Of a stretch of DNA of 44,487 nucleotides, positions 30,473-38,968 are shown piece after piece. Source of the DNA: a virus (taxonomy: Duplodnaviria > Heunggongvirae > Uroviricota > Caudoviricetes); the IMG/VR virus record IMGVR_UViG_2718218131_000009, positions 1-44,487 of that record. One strand, written 5' to 3'. Position 1 is the first letter of the stretch. Each line of letters begins with the position of its first letter. Under the pieces are notes generated by a model. The model was not told where the DNA came from. It did no database searches and worked only from the letters and a program-made list of their open reading frames with translations. The position numbers and the translations under genes were made by a program.

Positions 30473-31282
30473 TCAATGAACGGTATCGAGCAGCTTTAAC
30501 AGCTCAGGGAATCGGGATTCGAAGAAATGCGGCTGCGTCTCGCGCGGATTTGCAGGACTGGTGATGTTCTTGCCGAACATGCAGCCTTTCGCCGTCAGCG
30601 ACCAGAATTTTTTGATGTTGTTAATCGCGGTACGGCTGTATCGTTCGCGTTGTTCAACGATCCCCAGCTTCACCATCTGGTGATATGCCTGATTAGCCGT
30701 CAGGCGGATACCATACTGCTTCAGCAGTGCACTCAGCGACAGCGTGGGGCGACTTGAGCCATCAGGCGCGTCAGCAGGAGCATCAATGGCATAGCGCGGT
30801 GCCAGATTCGGTAAGCCAACAGCCTCCTGAAGCTTCTGACAGGCTCCAAGCACTGATGAGTTAGACAGATTTAATTCCCGGCGCATAAAGTCCAGCAGGA
30901 TCACGCCAGCCTGCATCTTGTCAGCAGCCTGTCCGGATAATTTTTCCGGTGCGCTGGTTACCATGTCGAAAGTACGGATCACCTTCAGATGGAATGACGG
31001 GCTGATCCACATTGCATAGGCATACACCAGTTCTTTGCAGACATACGTCCCCTGGTTATTTCCGCCATTAATGACGCTAACTGGTTGATTTTGTTCCAGA
31101 GGCGGAATTCCACCCTCGGTGAAAAGTTGTTCAATCAATTCACAGGTTTGCTTATTGGAGAGCCAGTATTTCGGGCGGTTTTTTTGTTCTCCCCCGGCTG
31201 CCCTGTGCAGATCGTTCAGGCTGTAACGCCCATAAGCATCACGACGAACTTCAATACCATCAATGACCATCAGATTATTCAT
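30473..31282 (-). CDS. KilA-N domain protein
   Basis: N-terminal NNLMVIDGIEVRRDAYGRYSLNDLHRAAG. Start at 31282 with a GAGGAG RBS; the track start at 31330 would overlap rusA. Confidence 0.75.
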   Translation of the reverse strand: MNNLMVIDGIEVRRDAYGRYSLNDLHRAAGGEQKNRPKYWLSNKQTCELIEQLFTEGGIPPLEQNQPVSVINGGNNQGTYVCKELVYAYAMWISPSFHLKVIRTFDMVTSAPEKLSGQAADKMQAGVILLDFMRRELNLSNSSVLGACQKLQEAVGLPNLAPRYAIDAPADAPDGSSRPTLSLSALLKQYGIRLTANQAYHQMVKLGIVEQRERYSRTAINNIKKFWSLTAKGCMFGKNITSPANPRETQPHFFESRFPELLKLLDTVH

Positions 31283-31301
31283 ACTTCGTTTCTCCTCTTG
31301 A

Positions 31302-31691
31302 TCAGGCGGCTGCACCCGCCGGTTTCTCATACTTACTGATAGTGATCTCGACCTTCCCTTTCTGGATAACCGGTCCCCACTCCACCAGCATTCTTTTCAC
31401 CTGGCTGTCGTCTTCCCACACCCCCGCGTGGGTCAGGGCGTCAAACAGCGCCTTGTTATAGTTGTCCAGATCGCGGATCCGGTTATCCGGAGGAAACAAC
31501 ACGATCTCCACTGAAGCAGGTGCCGACGTTGGTTTTGGCAGACGACGTAACTGCTCAACTATTGCTGCGCACGCCGCGCTCTGGAATTTGCGCCCCGCCG
31601 CGCTTATCAGGCTTTTACCAGCAAACGCCCCTTTATTAGGGTGTCGCCAGTACGTATTCACGCTGGGCGGGAAAGGTAGGATCAGTTTCAT
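31302..31691 (-). CDS. rusA: Holliday junction resolvase RusA
   Basis: MKLILPFPPSVNTYW... with a conserved acidic catalytic region. Confidence 0.9.
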   Translation of the reverse strand: MKLILPFPPSVNTYWRHPNKGAFAGKSLISAAGRKFQSAACAAIVEQLRRLPKPTSAPASVEIVLFPPDNRIRDLDNYNKALFDALTHAGVWEDDSQVKRMLVEWGPVIQKGKVEITISKYEKPAGAAA

Positions 31692-32014
31692 ACTTTCAGG
31701 CCTCTCTCATGTAACCAGTGGGTTGCACGCAGCCTGGCGTTTTCCTCACCGGCAAGCAGTGAGCGGATAATCCCGACCGCCTCGCTGTCGTCGTCCTTCA
31801 CCGCGGTATGAAGCGTTATCCCCCGGGCCACGCCACGCTTTATCGTGATGACGCCTTTTTTCTCCAGTGCGCGAAGATGCTCCACCGCTGCATTCACTGA
31901 ACGGTATCCCAGCATGGTTGCCACCTCCTGATTGGTTGGCGGGAAGCCACGTTCTTTCTGGTAAGAAATCAGCATATCCAGCACCTGCTGCTGGCATTGA
32001 GTTAACGTCGTCAT
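31688..32014 (-). CDS. LexA N-terminal DNA-binding-domain homolog (no peptidase domain)
   Basis: QQQVLDMLISYQKERGFPPTNQEVATMLGYRSVNAAVEHLRALEKKGVI parallels the LexA winged-helix domain (QQEVFDLIRDH...[32 protein letters not shown]). It is 108 aa and lacks the S24 cleavage domain. Confidence 0.75.
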   Translation of the reverse strand: MTTLTQCQQQVLDMLISYQKERGFPPTNQEVATMLGYRSVNAAVEHLRALEKKGVITIKRGVARGITLHTAVKDDDSEAVGIIRSLLAGEENARLRATHWLHERGLKV

Positions 32015-32664
32015 GCCGCCATCTCCCTGACCAGTTTTTCCGCCTGCTGGCGAACCTGCACCAGAAAGGCTTCACCACATGCCTCAAGTTCATCGCGCCC
32101 GATGTAGCTGATTGCCGGTCCCTTCCAGGTCTTGTCGAAAACAGCAATAGCACCAGCGAAGAAAGCGCCTGTCGGCACCTGCTTCTCATCCTTCGGGATA
32201 AACCAGGCAGGCAGTTCAAAACCAATACGCCCGCGAATAAAAGCAATATGGTCCGCATCTTCCGGCCACCACACTTCGCTGGTGGCAGCTTTGATCAGGA
32301 AAACATAGCGCCCGCCCTTATCACGCATGGCACTGGCATGTTTCATGATGTAACGCATGCCGGTGATGTATTGCCCCTCATGCTGACTGGCGCGGCTGTA
32401 TGGGGGATTACCAAAGGCAGCACCTTTAAGCTCCGCAAGACGTTCTGACCAGTCATGCGCCAGCGCGTTATCTTCCGCCGTGTAATACGCGGCACATTTG
32501 GCGTTATCACCGTCAGTAAACAGATCCAGAACAAACGGGCCAAACAGGGTGTTAATTCCCCAGAAAATGTTGTCCGGCGTGCGCCACTGATCGCCCACTT
32601 CCTTCAGTTCATGGGCTGGTTTGTTCCGCAGTTCCACCAGCGCCTGGCAATATTTATTACTCAT
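32011..32664 (-). CDS. Phage Dam-family N6-adenine methyltransferase
   Basis: WRTPDNIF... and FGNPPYS (NPPY) motifs. Start probably MSNKYCQ at 32664; the track start at 32697 overlaps the upstream gene. Confidence 0.85.
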   Translation of the reverse strand: MSNKYCQALVELRNKPAHELKEVGDQWRTPDNIFWGINTLFGPFVLDLFTDGDNAKCAAYYTAEDNALAHDWSERLAELKGAAFGNPPYSRASQHEGQYITGMRYIMKHASAMRDKGGRYVFLIKAATSEVWWPEDADHIAFIRGRIGFELPAWFIPKDEKQVPTGAFFAGAIAVFDKTWKGPAISYIGRDELEACGEAFLVQVRQQAEKLVREMAA

Positions 32665-33158
32665 TAAGCCCCCACGTAATTCCCTGACAGATACCACTCT
32701 TCACCCGATGCAGCGCGCTTGCTGCTTTTCCGTAAGCACCGCTCACGACGCGCCAGAAAATTGTTTCGTTCTGGCTGGGAGTGGCTTTCACGGAATGCCG
32801 CCATCCACACGGTTGCAGCACGACGGTATAAGCCCCTGGACTCCAGTTCTTCAGCCTGGCGGGTCAGGCACAAAATCACCCGTGGATCGTTAGTGCCGAC
32901 ATAGAAATTGCGCACAGGTCTGGTTTCTCGAACTGGTTGTGGTTCCGGTTCCTGCGCTCTCTCAGTCAGGCGCGGGAAATGTCTGCGTGTATCTCCTTCA
33001 CAACGGTGAGCCACACGCCCACTCTGACGTAACTTGCTTGCTGACTGCAGAACGCGCTGCCGTGAGTAACCTGCAAAAGCATCCGCAATGTCTCCGGAAG
33101 TACACCCCGGATGGGCTTCAATGAATTTCTGAACTTCATTCAAAAGACTCATGATCAC
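32664..33158 (-). CDS. PerC-family-like regulator with N-terminal extension
   Basis: The C-terminal region EELESRGLYRRAATVWMAAF matches the PerC/Pch signature (ELEskGLWRRAA..W). Confidence 0.6.
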   Translation of the reverse strand: MIMSLLNEVQKFIEAHPGCTSGDIADAFAGYSRQRVLQSASKLRQSGRVAHRCEGDTRRHFPRLTERAQEPEPQPVRETRPVRNFYVGTNDPRVILCLTRQAEELESRGLYRRAATVWMAAFRESHSQPERNNFLARRERCLRKSSKRAASGEEWYLSGNYVGA

Positions 33159-33973
33159 CCCCTGAATCCTGCCGGGATCTGGCTGTAGTCCACGTTGTCG
33201 TAACTGGCTTTGAAGTACGGGTCCTCACGTCTGGCTGCAGATACCGCAGGAACTTCCCAGGATTCTTCGAAATGACGATCCGGACCAAAGAACGTGACAG
33301 CCTGTTTCACAAATTGTGTGCCGCTGTTACCCATCGCAGATACCCAGCCCGCGTAGCGTTTCACACCTTCCAGCATGGTTTCGGGGTTTACCCCCTCATT
33401 CAAACGGGCTTTCCAGGCTTTGAAGGCTGCAGATTTTGAATTACCACCAGCACGTTTGGGATATGCCAGCCATGCCTGCTCAAACTCCGGAGAGTATTCC
33501 GGCCGGTTTGAACGAACTCGCACGGACTCATCAACTGATGCACCAACAGCTATTGGTTCATTGACTGGTTCTTTGACTGGTTCAAAAGAGTGACTGGTTC
33601 TGGGTGAATCTCCTGCACTACCCCCTGGTGCAACTCCTGCACTACCTGGTGAATTTGCTGCACCAGATAGTGAATTATTTGCACTACCCCCTAGTGAATC
33701 TCCTGCACCATCCAGATGAAGGAGATAGGTATTACTTGAGTTACCTTTTTCACCTTTCCGGGTGACTTTTTTTACCAGCCCGGACTCACAAAGGGCCGCA
33801 ATATGATTCATCACAGAACGTTTGCTAATCTCGCACTGGTCAGCAATATGCTGGTAGCTGGGCCAGCACTCACCCTGATCGCTGGCATTATCAGCCAGCT
33901 TGATCAGAACCAGTTTTCGCAATGGATTACCCACTCGAATTTTCATCGCTTTAACCATCAGCTCCATACTCAT
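33155..33973 (-). CDS. Replication initiator (O-like, N-terminal winged HTH)
   Basis: N-terminal HTH (SYQHIADQCEISKRSVMNHIAALCESGLV), a low-complexity linker encoded by iteron-like DNA repeats, and a C-terminal domain. ATGA coupling to both neighbours. Confidence 0.7.
   Translation of the reverse strand: MSMELMVKAMKIRVGNPLRKLVLIKLADNASDQGECWPSYQHIADQCEISKRSVMNHIAALCESGLVKKVTRKGEKGNSSNTYLLHLDGAGDSLGGSANNSLSGAANSPGSAGVAPGGSAGDSPRTSHSFEPVKEPVNEPIAVGASVDESVRVRSNRPEYSPEFEQAWLAYPKRAGGNSKSAAFKAWKARLNEGVNPETMLEGVKRYAGWVSAMGNSGTQFVKQAVTFFGPDRHFEESWEVPAVSAARREDPYFKASYDNVDYSQIPAGFRG
33560..33700. repeat. Iteron-like direct repeats inside the replication gene (candidate ori)
   Basis: Three copies of TGACTGGTTC, two of GTGAATCTCCTGCAC and two of CTGCACTACC within about 140 bp. 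Confidence 0.5.
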
Positions 33974-34194
33974 GCTGCACCTCCGAGATGCTTCATGTTT
34001 TTTCCGGAGCGAAAGGCTATAAGCGGCATACTGACGCGGTAATTACGGCCCAACGGTTCACAAATCACTTTCTGACATTCACGGTCAACCAGGCTAACAC
34101 GTAGAACATGCCCTGCAGGCGTGGTGTACCACTGGCCCGGACGAGGACAACGGAAAGTCTGATTGGTAAACCGTTTGAAAATATTCCGGATCAT
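33970..34194 (-). CDS. Hypothetical protein (74 aa)
   Basis: Translationally coupled (ATGA overlaps) to both the Rha-domain gene and the replication initiator. Confidence 0.5.
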   Translation of the reverse strand: MIRNIFKRFTNQTFRCPRPGQWYTTPAGHVLRVSLVDRECQKVICEPLGRNYRVSMPLIAFRSGKNMKHLGGAA

Positions 34195-35342
34195 TTGCGC
34201 CCCCTTACCTCTGAAGGGTTCAGTGACAGATTTATGAGACTGGCCAGTACCGCCGCGTCGTTGATGCGGTCATACAGACTTATAGCCAGCGGGGATTCGG
34301 CTTTTGCCAACATGGGATAAAGCTGCTGCAGCCAGACTTTGTGGATTACCGACAAGTGGGAGTAAAGCACGCTGGCGTTATGTGCGGCATCGCTCAGCGT
34401 GGATGGCCTTGAAAGCTGCTTTTCCATCTGGTTAAAGGCATTGATGTATGCCTCTTTGAACTGGGCAGCACGTTTCCCCGTGAAACCCATAGCAAGAAAC
34501 GCAAAGCCGTCGCGGGTTATTTGATAGCAAGGTAGTTTGCGGCCTGTGCAATCGGTGTAATCACTCACCGAAAAATTGCGGGCAGTGAATGATGCGGAAC
34601 ATTCAAGCGTGCGGATCTTTTTCAGTACATCGTCATGACGTTTGGAGAAGAAGTTGGCAACAGCCAGGGATGAAGTAACAGCCTGACCATCAACGATGGC
34701 AATTTCAGGTTGAGTGAGGGTTGGGATCGTAGCCATGATGGCAGCCTCTTTGGTGATTTTTAATAACTCACCACCAAGGCTTTCCACGACCTTATTGGTG
34801 GTGAGACGTACAGGGGTGGAAATACCGGTCACCAAAGAACCCGGCCCAACCGAAGTTGGCCCTGCACGCCCCACCATAATTTGGGCGTAATGCTGCTCAT
34901 GACACAAAAAAACCGCAAGAGCGCGGTTGTGCGCTTTGGTGAATTCCGGGTTTCCACGCCCGGCACCCGCTTTATAAGGTGCCTGAACAGTGTAACGTCC
35001 CGGAATGGCAGAATCAATGTGCTGGTGGTCCTTCACACTCAACAAAATCACGCCTGAATTTCCACAAAGGACTAAAGCACTCATGCGGGTAGTCTTTGCG
35101 AAGATAGATAACGCGCTGCGTTTCTGGCTCCCAACGAATAACATGGACATAAAGCCCTCTTCCGTCACGAAACCAGCGGTTAAGTTCCTGCACAACTCGC
35201 CCCCCACAGTCAGGTAAAGTTCTCTGTGGTTACTTACAGCCAGGTGATTTGGTAATCTGCATTCATGCCGTAACAACAGGTGTTCAGCGACGCTGACCAC
35301 CAGCTGTTGCGACAAACGGTTATTTGCCGTTAAACTGTTCAT
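34191..35342 (-). CDS. Rha-family regulatory domain protein with ~200-aa N-terminal region
   Basis: C-terminal half (from M203, ATG at 34736) is IPTLTQPEIAIVDGQAVTSSLAVANFFSKRHDDVLKKI, a Rha domain. The upstream 202 codons are in frame and begin with an ATGA overlap to the CII-like gene. Confidence 0.6.
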   Translation of the reverse strand: MNSLTANNRLSQQLVVSVAEHLLLRHECRLPNHLAVSNHRELYLTVGGELCRNLTAGFVTEEGFMSMLFVGSQKRSALSIFAKTTRMSALVLCGNSGVILLSVKDHQHIDSAIPGRYTVQAPYKAGAGRGNPEFTKAHNRALAVFLCHEQHYAQIMVGRAGPTSVGPGSLVTGISTPVRLTTNKVVESLGGELLKITKEAAIMATIPTLTQPEIAIVDGQAVTSSLAVANFFSKRHDDVLKKIRTLECSASFTARNFSVSDYTDCTGRKLPCYQITRDGFAFLAMGFTGKRAAQFKEAYINAFNQMEKQLSRPSTLSDAAHNASVLYSHLSVIHKVWLQQLYPMLAKAESPLAISLYDRINDAAVLASLINLSLNPSEVRGRK

Positions 35343-35902
35343 GCGTTAGTTTCTCCACAGACACAAAACGCCACGACGCCCGGAGCTGCACACTCGCGGG
35401 CGTCACTCTTTTCTGGAGCGCAAAAGATTTTGTAGACCAGTGCTGCATGCTCCTGGAGCTTCGAAATTGACAGATACAACTCATCATTAATTGCTGTCTG
35501 CTCGTGTGGCTCCACTACCCCGTCTTCGATTGCCGAACGAATCTGCTTTGAGTAACTCCCGATCTGTTCGATGACTTCCAGCAGGCGCTGGTTTATATCG
35601 GCGTTCTCTACTTCCTCAATTTCAGGAAGCGATACAAACACCCCACCAGCAGACTGTGCGACAGCATCCGCAATGTAGTGAGTGCCAGCCGCGCGCTGTA
35701 AAATCATTGCCCATCCCAGCGGGAAAATCTGATCGCCATCTGCACGAAGGCGGTTGAATAAAGCGTTCTCTGTTACATCCAGCCACTCAGCAGCTTCAGC
35801 GTACCCCCCCGGCAACGCCGCGATAGTTTTTCTGACAGCTTTCACGTACCACTCAGGCTGTTTTTCTACTTTCCAGTGATGCTTACCCACGGTTAGCCTC
35901 AT
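35339..35902 (-). CDS. CII-like regulator (YdaT family)
   Basis: 187 aa, downstream of the cro-like gene in the rightward operon, matching the YdaS/YdaT arrangement of the Rac prophage. Confidence 0.65.
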   Translation of the reverse strand: MRLTVGKHHWKVEKQPEWYVKAVRKTIAALPGGYAEAAEWLDVTENALFNRLRADGDQIFPLGWAMILQRAAGTHYIADAVAQSAGGVFVSLPEIEEVENADINQRLLEVIEQIGSYSKQIRSAIEDGVVEPHEQTAINDELYLSISKLQEHAALVYKIFCAPEKSDARECAAPGVVAFCVCGETNA

Positions 35903-35933
35903 CGTTCTGTGGTTAAAAATTGAAGGTGTTCTG

Positions 35934-36134
35934 TTAATCTTTCGGATAGATATCCGGTCTTAAGTCAGATTTCGTAATTGCACCTGACGTGCATTGCTCA
36001 AGTTTTTTAGCCAGCACAAAACTGGCTTTTTTATAACCATTGAAAACCAGCCGTAAGTAGCCTGGTGTTGAGCCAACTTTTCCGGCCAACTCGCCCTGCT
36101 GTTCTTTGGTTAAAGAGTCCCAATACGCTTTCAT
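35934..36134 (-). CDS. Cro-like HTH regulator (YdaS-like)
   Basis: 66 aa. ATG at 36134 with a GGAGG RBS, divergent from the repressor gene. Confidence 0.75.
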   Translation of the reverse strand: MKAYWDSLTKEQQGELAGKVGSTPGYLRLVFNGYKKASFVLAKKLEQCTSGAITKSDLRPDIYPKD

Positions 36135-36224
36135 ACAATATGTACCTCCAATATACATATTACATGATTGAGATGAACCTTCAAGATACTTGTACCCTAT
36201 CGGTACAAAGGTTTTAATTTCGTT
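36135..36224. promoter_or_regulatory. Immunity-region operator/promoter (OR-like)
   Basis: Divergent intergenic region containing the palindromes TTGTACCctatcGGTACAA (36190-36208) and ATATGTA-n9-TACATAT (36139-36160). Confidence 0.55.
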
Positions 36225-36899
36225 ATGAAAACAGTCCATGACATCCGGCGGTCTAACGCCAGAAAACTGAGAGATGGTGTTGGCGGGAATTCTTCCTTTG
36301 CCACCATGATTGATCGCGAGCCAACCCAGACCAGCAGGTTTATGGGAGATGGTGCTACTAAAAATATCGGTGACAGCATGGCACGGCACATCGAAAAATG
36401 TTTCGACCTGCCTGTCGGATGGCTTGATCAAGAACACCAGACAACAAACATCACAAAAAAACCTGATGTTTCAATTACTAACAAACAAATAACGTTAGTC
36501 CCTGTCATATCATGGGTACAGGCCGGAGCATGGAAAGAAGTTGGCTATTCTGAGGTTGATTTGAGCACAGCAGAAACGTATCCCTGCCCTGTACCCTGTG
36601 GCGAAATGACTTATATCTTGCGGGTGATTGGTGATTCAATGATTGATGAGTACCGCCCGGGAGACATGATTTTTGTAGATCCTGAAGTCCCTGCCTGCCA
36701 CGGTGACGACGTTATTGCATTGATGCACGATTCAGGCGAAACCACCTTCAAGCGGTTGATAGAAGATGGAACACAGCGTTATCTCAAAGCATTAAACCCA
36801 AACTGGCCTGAGCCTTACATTAAGATTAACGGTAATTGCTCTATAATTGGTACAGTGATTTTCTCGGGAAAACCAAGAAGATACACAATAAAGGCCTAA
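36225..36899 (+). CDS. CI-type repressor (HTH plus S24 LexA-like peptidase domain)
   Basis: C-terminal VIGDSM Ser nucleophile and TFKRL Lys. N-terminal HTH ending in PVGWL. Confidence 0.85.
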   Translation: MKTVHDIRRSNARKLRDGVGGNSSFATMIDREPTQTSRFMGDGATKNIGDSMARHIEKCFDLPVGWLDQEHQTTNITKKPDVSITNKQITLVPVISWVQAGAWKEVGYSEVDLSTAETYPCPVPCGEMTYILRVIGDSMIDEYRPGDMIFVDPEVPACHGDDVIALMHDSGETTFKRLIEDGTQRYLKALNPNWPEPYIKINGNCSIIGTVIFSGKPRRYTIKA

Positions 36900-36913
36900 T
36901 CAATATTTATGAA

Positions 36914-36934
36914 CCTGCTTCGGCAGGTTTTTTT
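36914..36934 (+). terminator. Rho-independent terminator after the repressor gene
   Basis: CCTGC-ttcg-GCAGG followed by TTTTTTTT. Confidence 0.65.
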
Positions 36935-36938
36935 ATGC

Positions 36939-36967
36939 TTGACAATGTACCCATGAGATACATAATG
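36939..36967 (+). promoter_or_regulatory. pL-like promoter with overlapping palindromic operator
   Basis: TTGACA, then a 16-17-nt spacer, then CATAAT/ATAATG. The perfect palindrome AGATACAT-a-ATGTATCT overlaps the -10 element. Confidence 0.5.
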
Positions 36968-37404
36968 TATCTAAAAGAAACATAACACAGGCAAGATTAA
37001 AACAAAATTTGGTTGTAACACGGCGTATGGCACATGCGTCGTTAGCGGTCTGGGGACGTTAAAGGGGACAATCCACTCCTTGCTCGGGCAAACAAACCAG
37101 GTAGCCGGAATGTGCAAGTCAATGATGATGCTGATAAGACGCCTAACCAGCGTGGCGGTTCGGTTTGACACCTGGGAAGAGACCAGGGTGCAACGATGAG
37201 GGCATTTATGGAACCGCGACAAAGTGTGGTGCCGTAACTGGCTAAGTGCTCTCAGCGTTGTGGTGAATGCGCAGGCTGATGCGCGAAAGACATTGCAGCT
37301 ATTGCGGAAAAGAGCTGTTCGGCGGGGCAATTAAACGCCCGTGAGAGTCTGAAATAACCGCAAGCCGGAGATCAGCACCGGTCACCACAACAGCCACTGC
37401 TTTG

Positions 37405-37450
37405 GCGGTACCAGTTTGTACACTTGCTTCCGGCTGGTACCGCTCTTTTT
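37405..37450 (+). terminator. Intrinsic terminator inside the early-left leader
   Basis: 10-bp stem GCGGTACCAG/CTGGTACCGC with a 19-nt loop, followed by CTCTTTTT. Confidence 0.55.
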
Positions 37451-37587
37451 ACAAAACAGAGAAGAGCATCACCGGACGACGGGCTCATAACCCAATCCAT
37501 CCGGGCGGCTGCCACCGCAGGTGTTCTTCTCTGTTTTGTGGAGAAACCAACCGACCTTGCAGGGTCGATATGATGAGGAGCAGCAAA

Positions 37588-37950
37588 ATGGCTAGCGAAC
37601 GCAGTACTGATGTGCAGGCATTTATCGGGGAGCTGGACGGCGGCGTATTTGAAACCAAAATCGGCGCAGTTCTCAGTGAAGTCGCTTCCGGTGTGATGAA
37701 CACGAAAACCAAAGGGAAGGTCTCACTCAACCTGGAAATCGAACCATTTGATGAGAACCGTGTGAAAATCAAACACAAACTCTCATATGTTCGCCCGACT
37801 AACCGCGGGAAAATTTCCGAAGAAGACACCACCGAAACGCCGATGTATGTCAATCGCGGTGGTCGCCTGACTATTCTGCAGGAAGACCAGGGACAATTAC
37901 TGACTCTTGCCGGTGAACCTGACGGAAAACTCCGCGCAGCAGGTCATTAA
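37588..37950 (+). CDS. Hypothetical early protein (positionally equivalent to CPS-53 yfdP)
   Basis: 120 aa. GAGGAG RBS before the ATG at 37588. First gene of the leftward early operon. Confidence 0.6.
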   Translation: MASERSTDVQAFIGELDGGVFETKIGAVLSEVASGVMNTKTKGKVSLNLEIEPFDENRVKIKHKLSYVRPTNRGKISEEDTTETPMYVNRGGRLTILQEDQGQLLTLAGEPDGKLRAAGH

Positions 37951-38015
37951 TATCGTTTTTAATAAACTGATTATTTCTCTCATCACTGAATATTTTTATA
38001 TAGTGAGGACTTATT

Positions 38016-38840
38016 ATGTCTCAGAACTTAGACGCAACCGCAATTAATCAAATCCATGCCCTTATTTCTGCTCAGGGTGTTAATGAAATTATCAGTAAGA
38101 TTGGTGCCGATGCTGTGGCATTGCCTGAGAATTTCCGCATTCATGATCTGGAAAAATTTAATTTAAATCGCTTCCGTTTCCGTGGTGCGCTTTCCACTGC
38201 CAGCATCGATGACTTTACCCGTTATTCTAAAGATCTTGCAGATGAAGGCACCCGCTGCTTTATCGATGCCGATAATATGCGAGCCGTCAGTGTGCTTAAC
38301 CTGGGTACTATTGATGAACCAGGTCACGCAGATAACACCGCCACCCTCAAACTGAAAAAGACAGCACCGTTCTCTGCTCTGTTGTCTGTTAATGGCGAGC
38401 GTAACTCCCAGAAGTCACTGGCAGAATGGATTGAAGACTGGGCCGACTACCTTGTGGGCTTTGATGCTAATGGTGACGCTATTCAGGCAACAAAAGCGGC
38501 TGCGGCGGTCCGTAAAATCACGATTGAAGCAAACCAGACCGCTGATTTTGAAGATAATGACTTCAGCGGCAAACGCTCCCTGATGGAGTCTGTCGAAGCG
38601 AAGACCAAAGATATTATGCCAGTGGCATTTGAATTTAAATGCGTTCTGTTTGAAGGTCTGAAAGAACGTCCATTTAAATTACGCCTCAGCATTATCACTG
38701 GCGATCGTCCTGTACTGGTTCTGCGCATTATTCAGCTGGAAGCAGTGCAGGAAGAAATGGCTAACGAATTTCGTGATCTGCTTGTTGAGAAATTCAAAGA
38801 CAGCAAAGTAGAAACCTTTATTGGTACTTTCACCGCCTGA
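38016..38840 (+). CDS. yfdQ: DUF2303-family protein (YfdQ-like)
   Basis: 274 aa. The size and the gene order yfdP-Q-R-S-T match the K-12 CPS-53 prophage. Confidence 0.7.
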   Translation: MSQNLDATAINQIHALISAQGVNEIISKIGADAVALPENFRIHDLEKFNLNRFRFRGALSTASIDDFTRYSKDLADEGTRCFIDADNMRAVSVLNLGTIDEPGHADNTATLKLKKTAPFSALLSVNGERNSQKSLAEWIEDWADYLVGFDANGDAIQATKAAAAVRKITIEANQTADFEDNDFSGKRSLMESVEAKTKDIMPVAFEFKCVLFEGLKERPFKLRLSIITGDRPVLVLRIIQLEAVQEEMANEFRDLLVEKFKDSKVETFIGTFTA

Positions 38841-38968
38841 TTTCATTACTGCTAATGCCCCTGCGGGGGCATTTATGGAAACGTAATTAACTCAATAATC
38901 GCCGGATGGTGAGGGCTTCCTTTTACCAGAATTCAGCGCGGTGCAGCGCATATAACGTGGAGAACAAA

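Noticed and set aside
35934-36437. 167-aa extended version of the cro-like ORF
   Set aside because: The extension overlaps the repressor gene and the operator region. A GGAGG RBS supports the internal ATG at 36134, giving a 66-aa Cro-sized protein.
36971-37330. 119-aa minus-strand ORF in the early-left leader
   Set aside because: No RBS, and the translation is Arg/Cys/Thr-rich low complexity. The region is better explained as structured non-coding leader.
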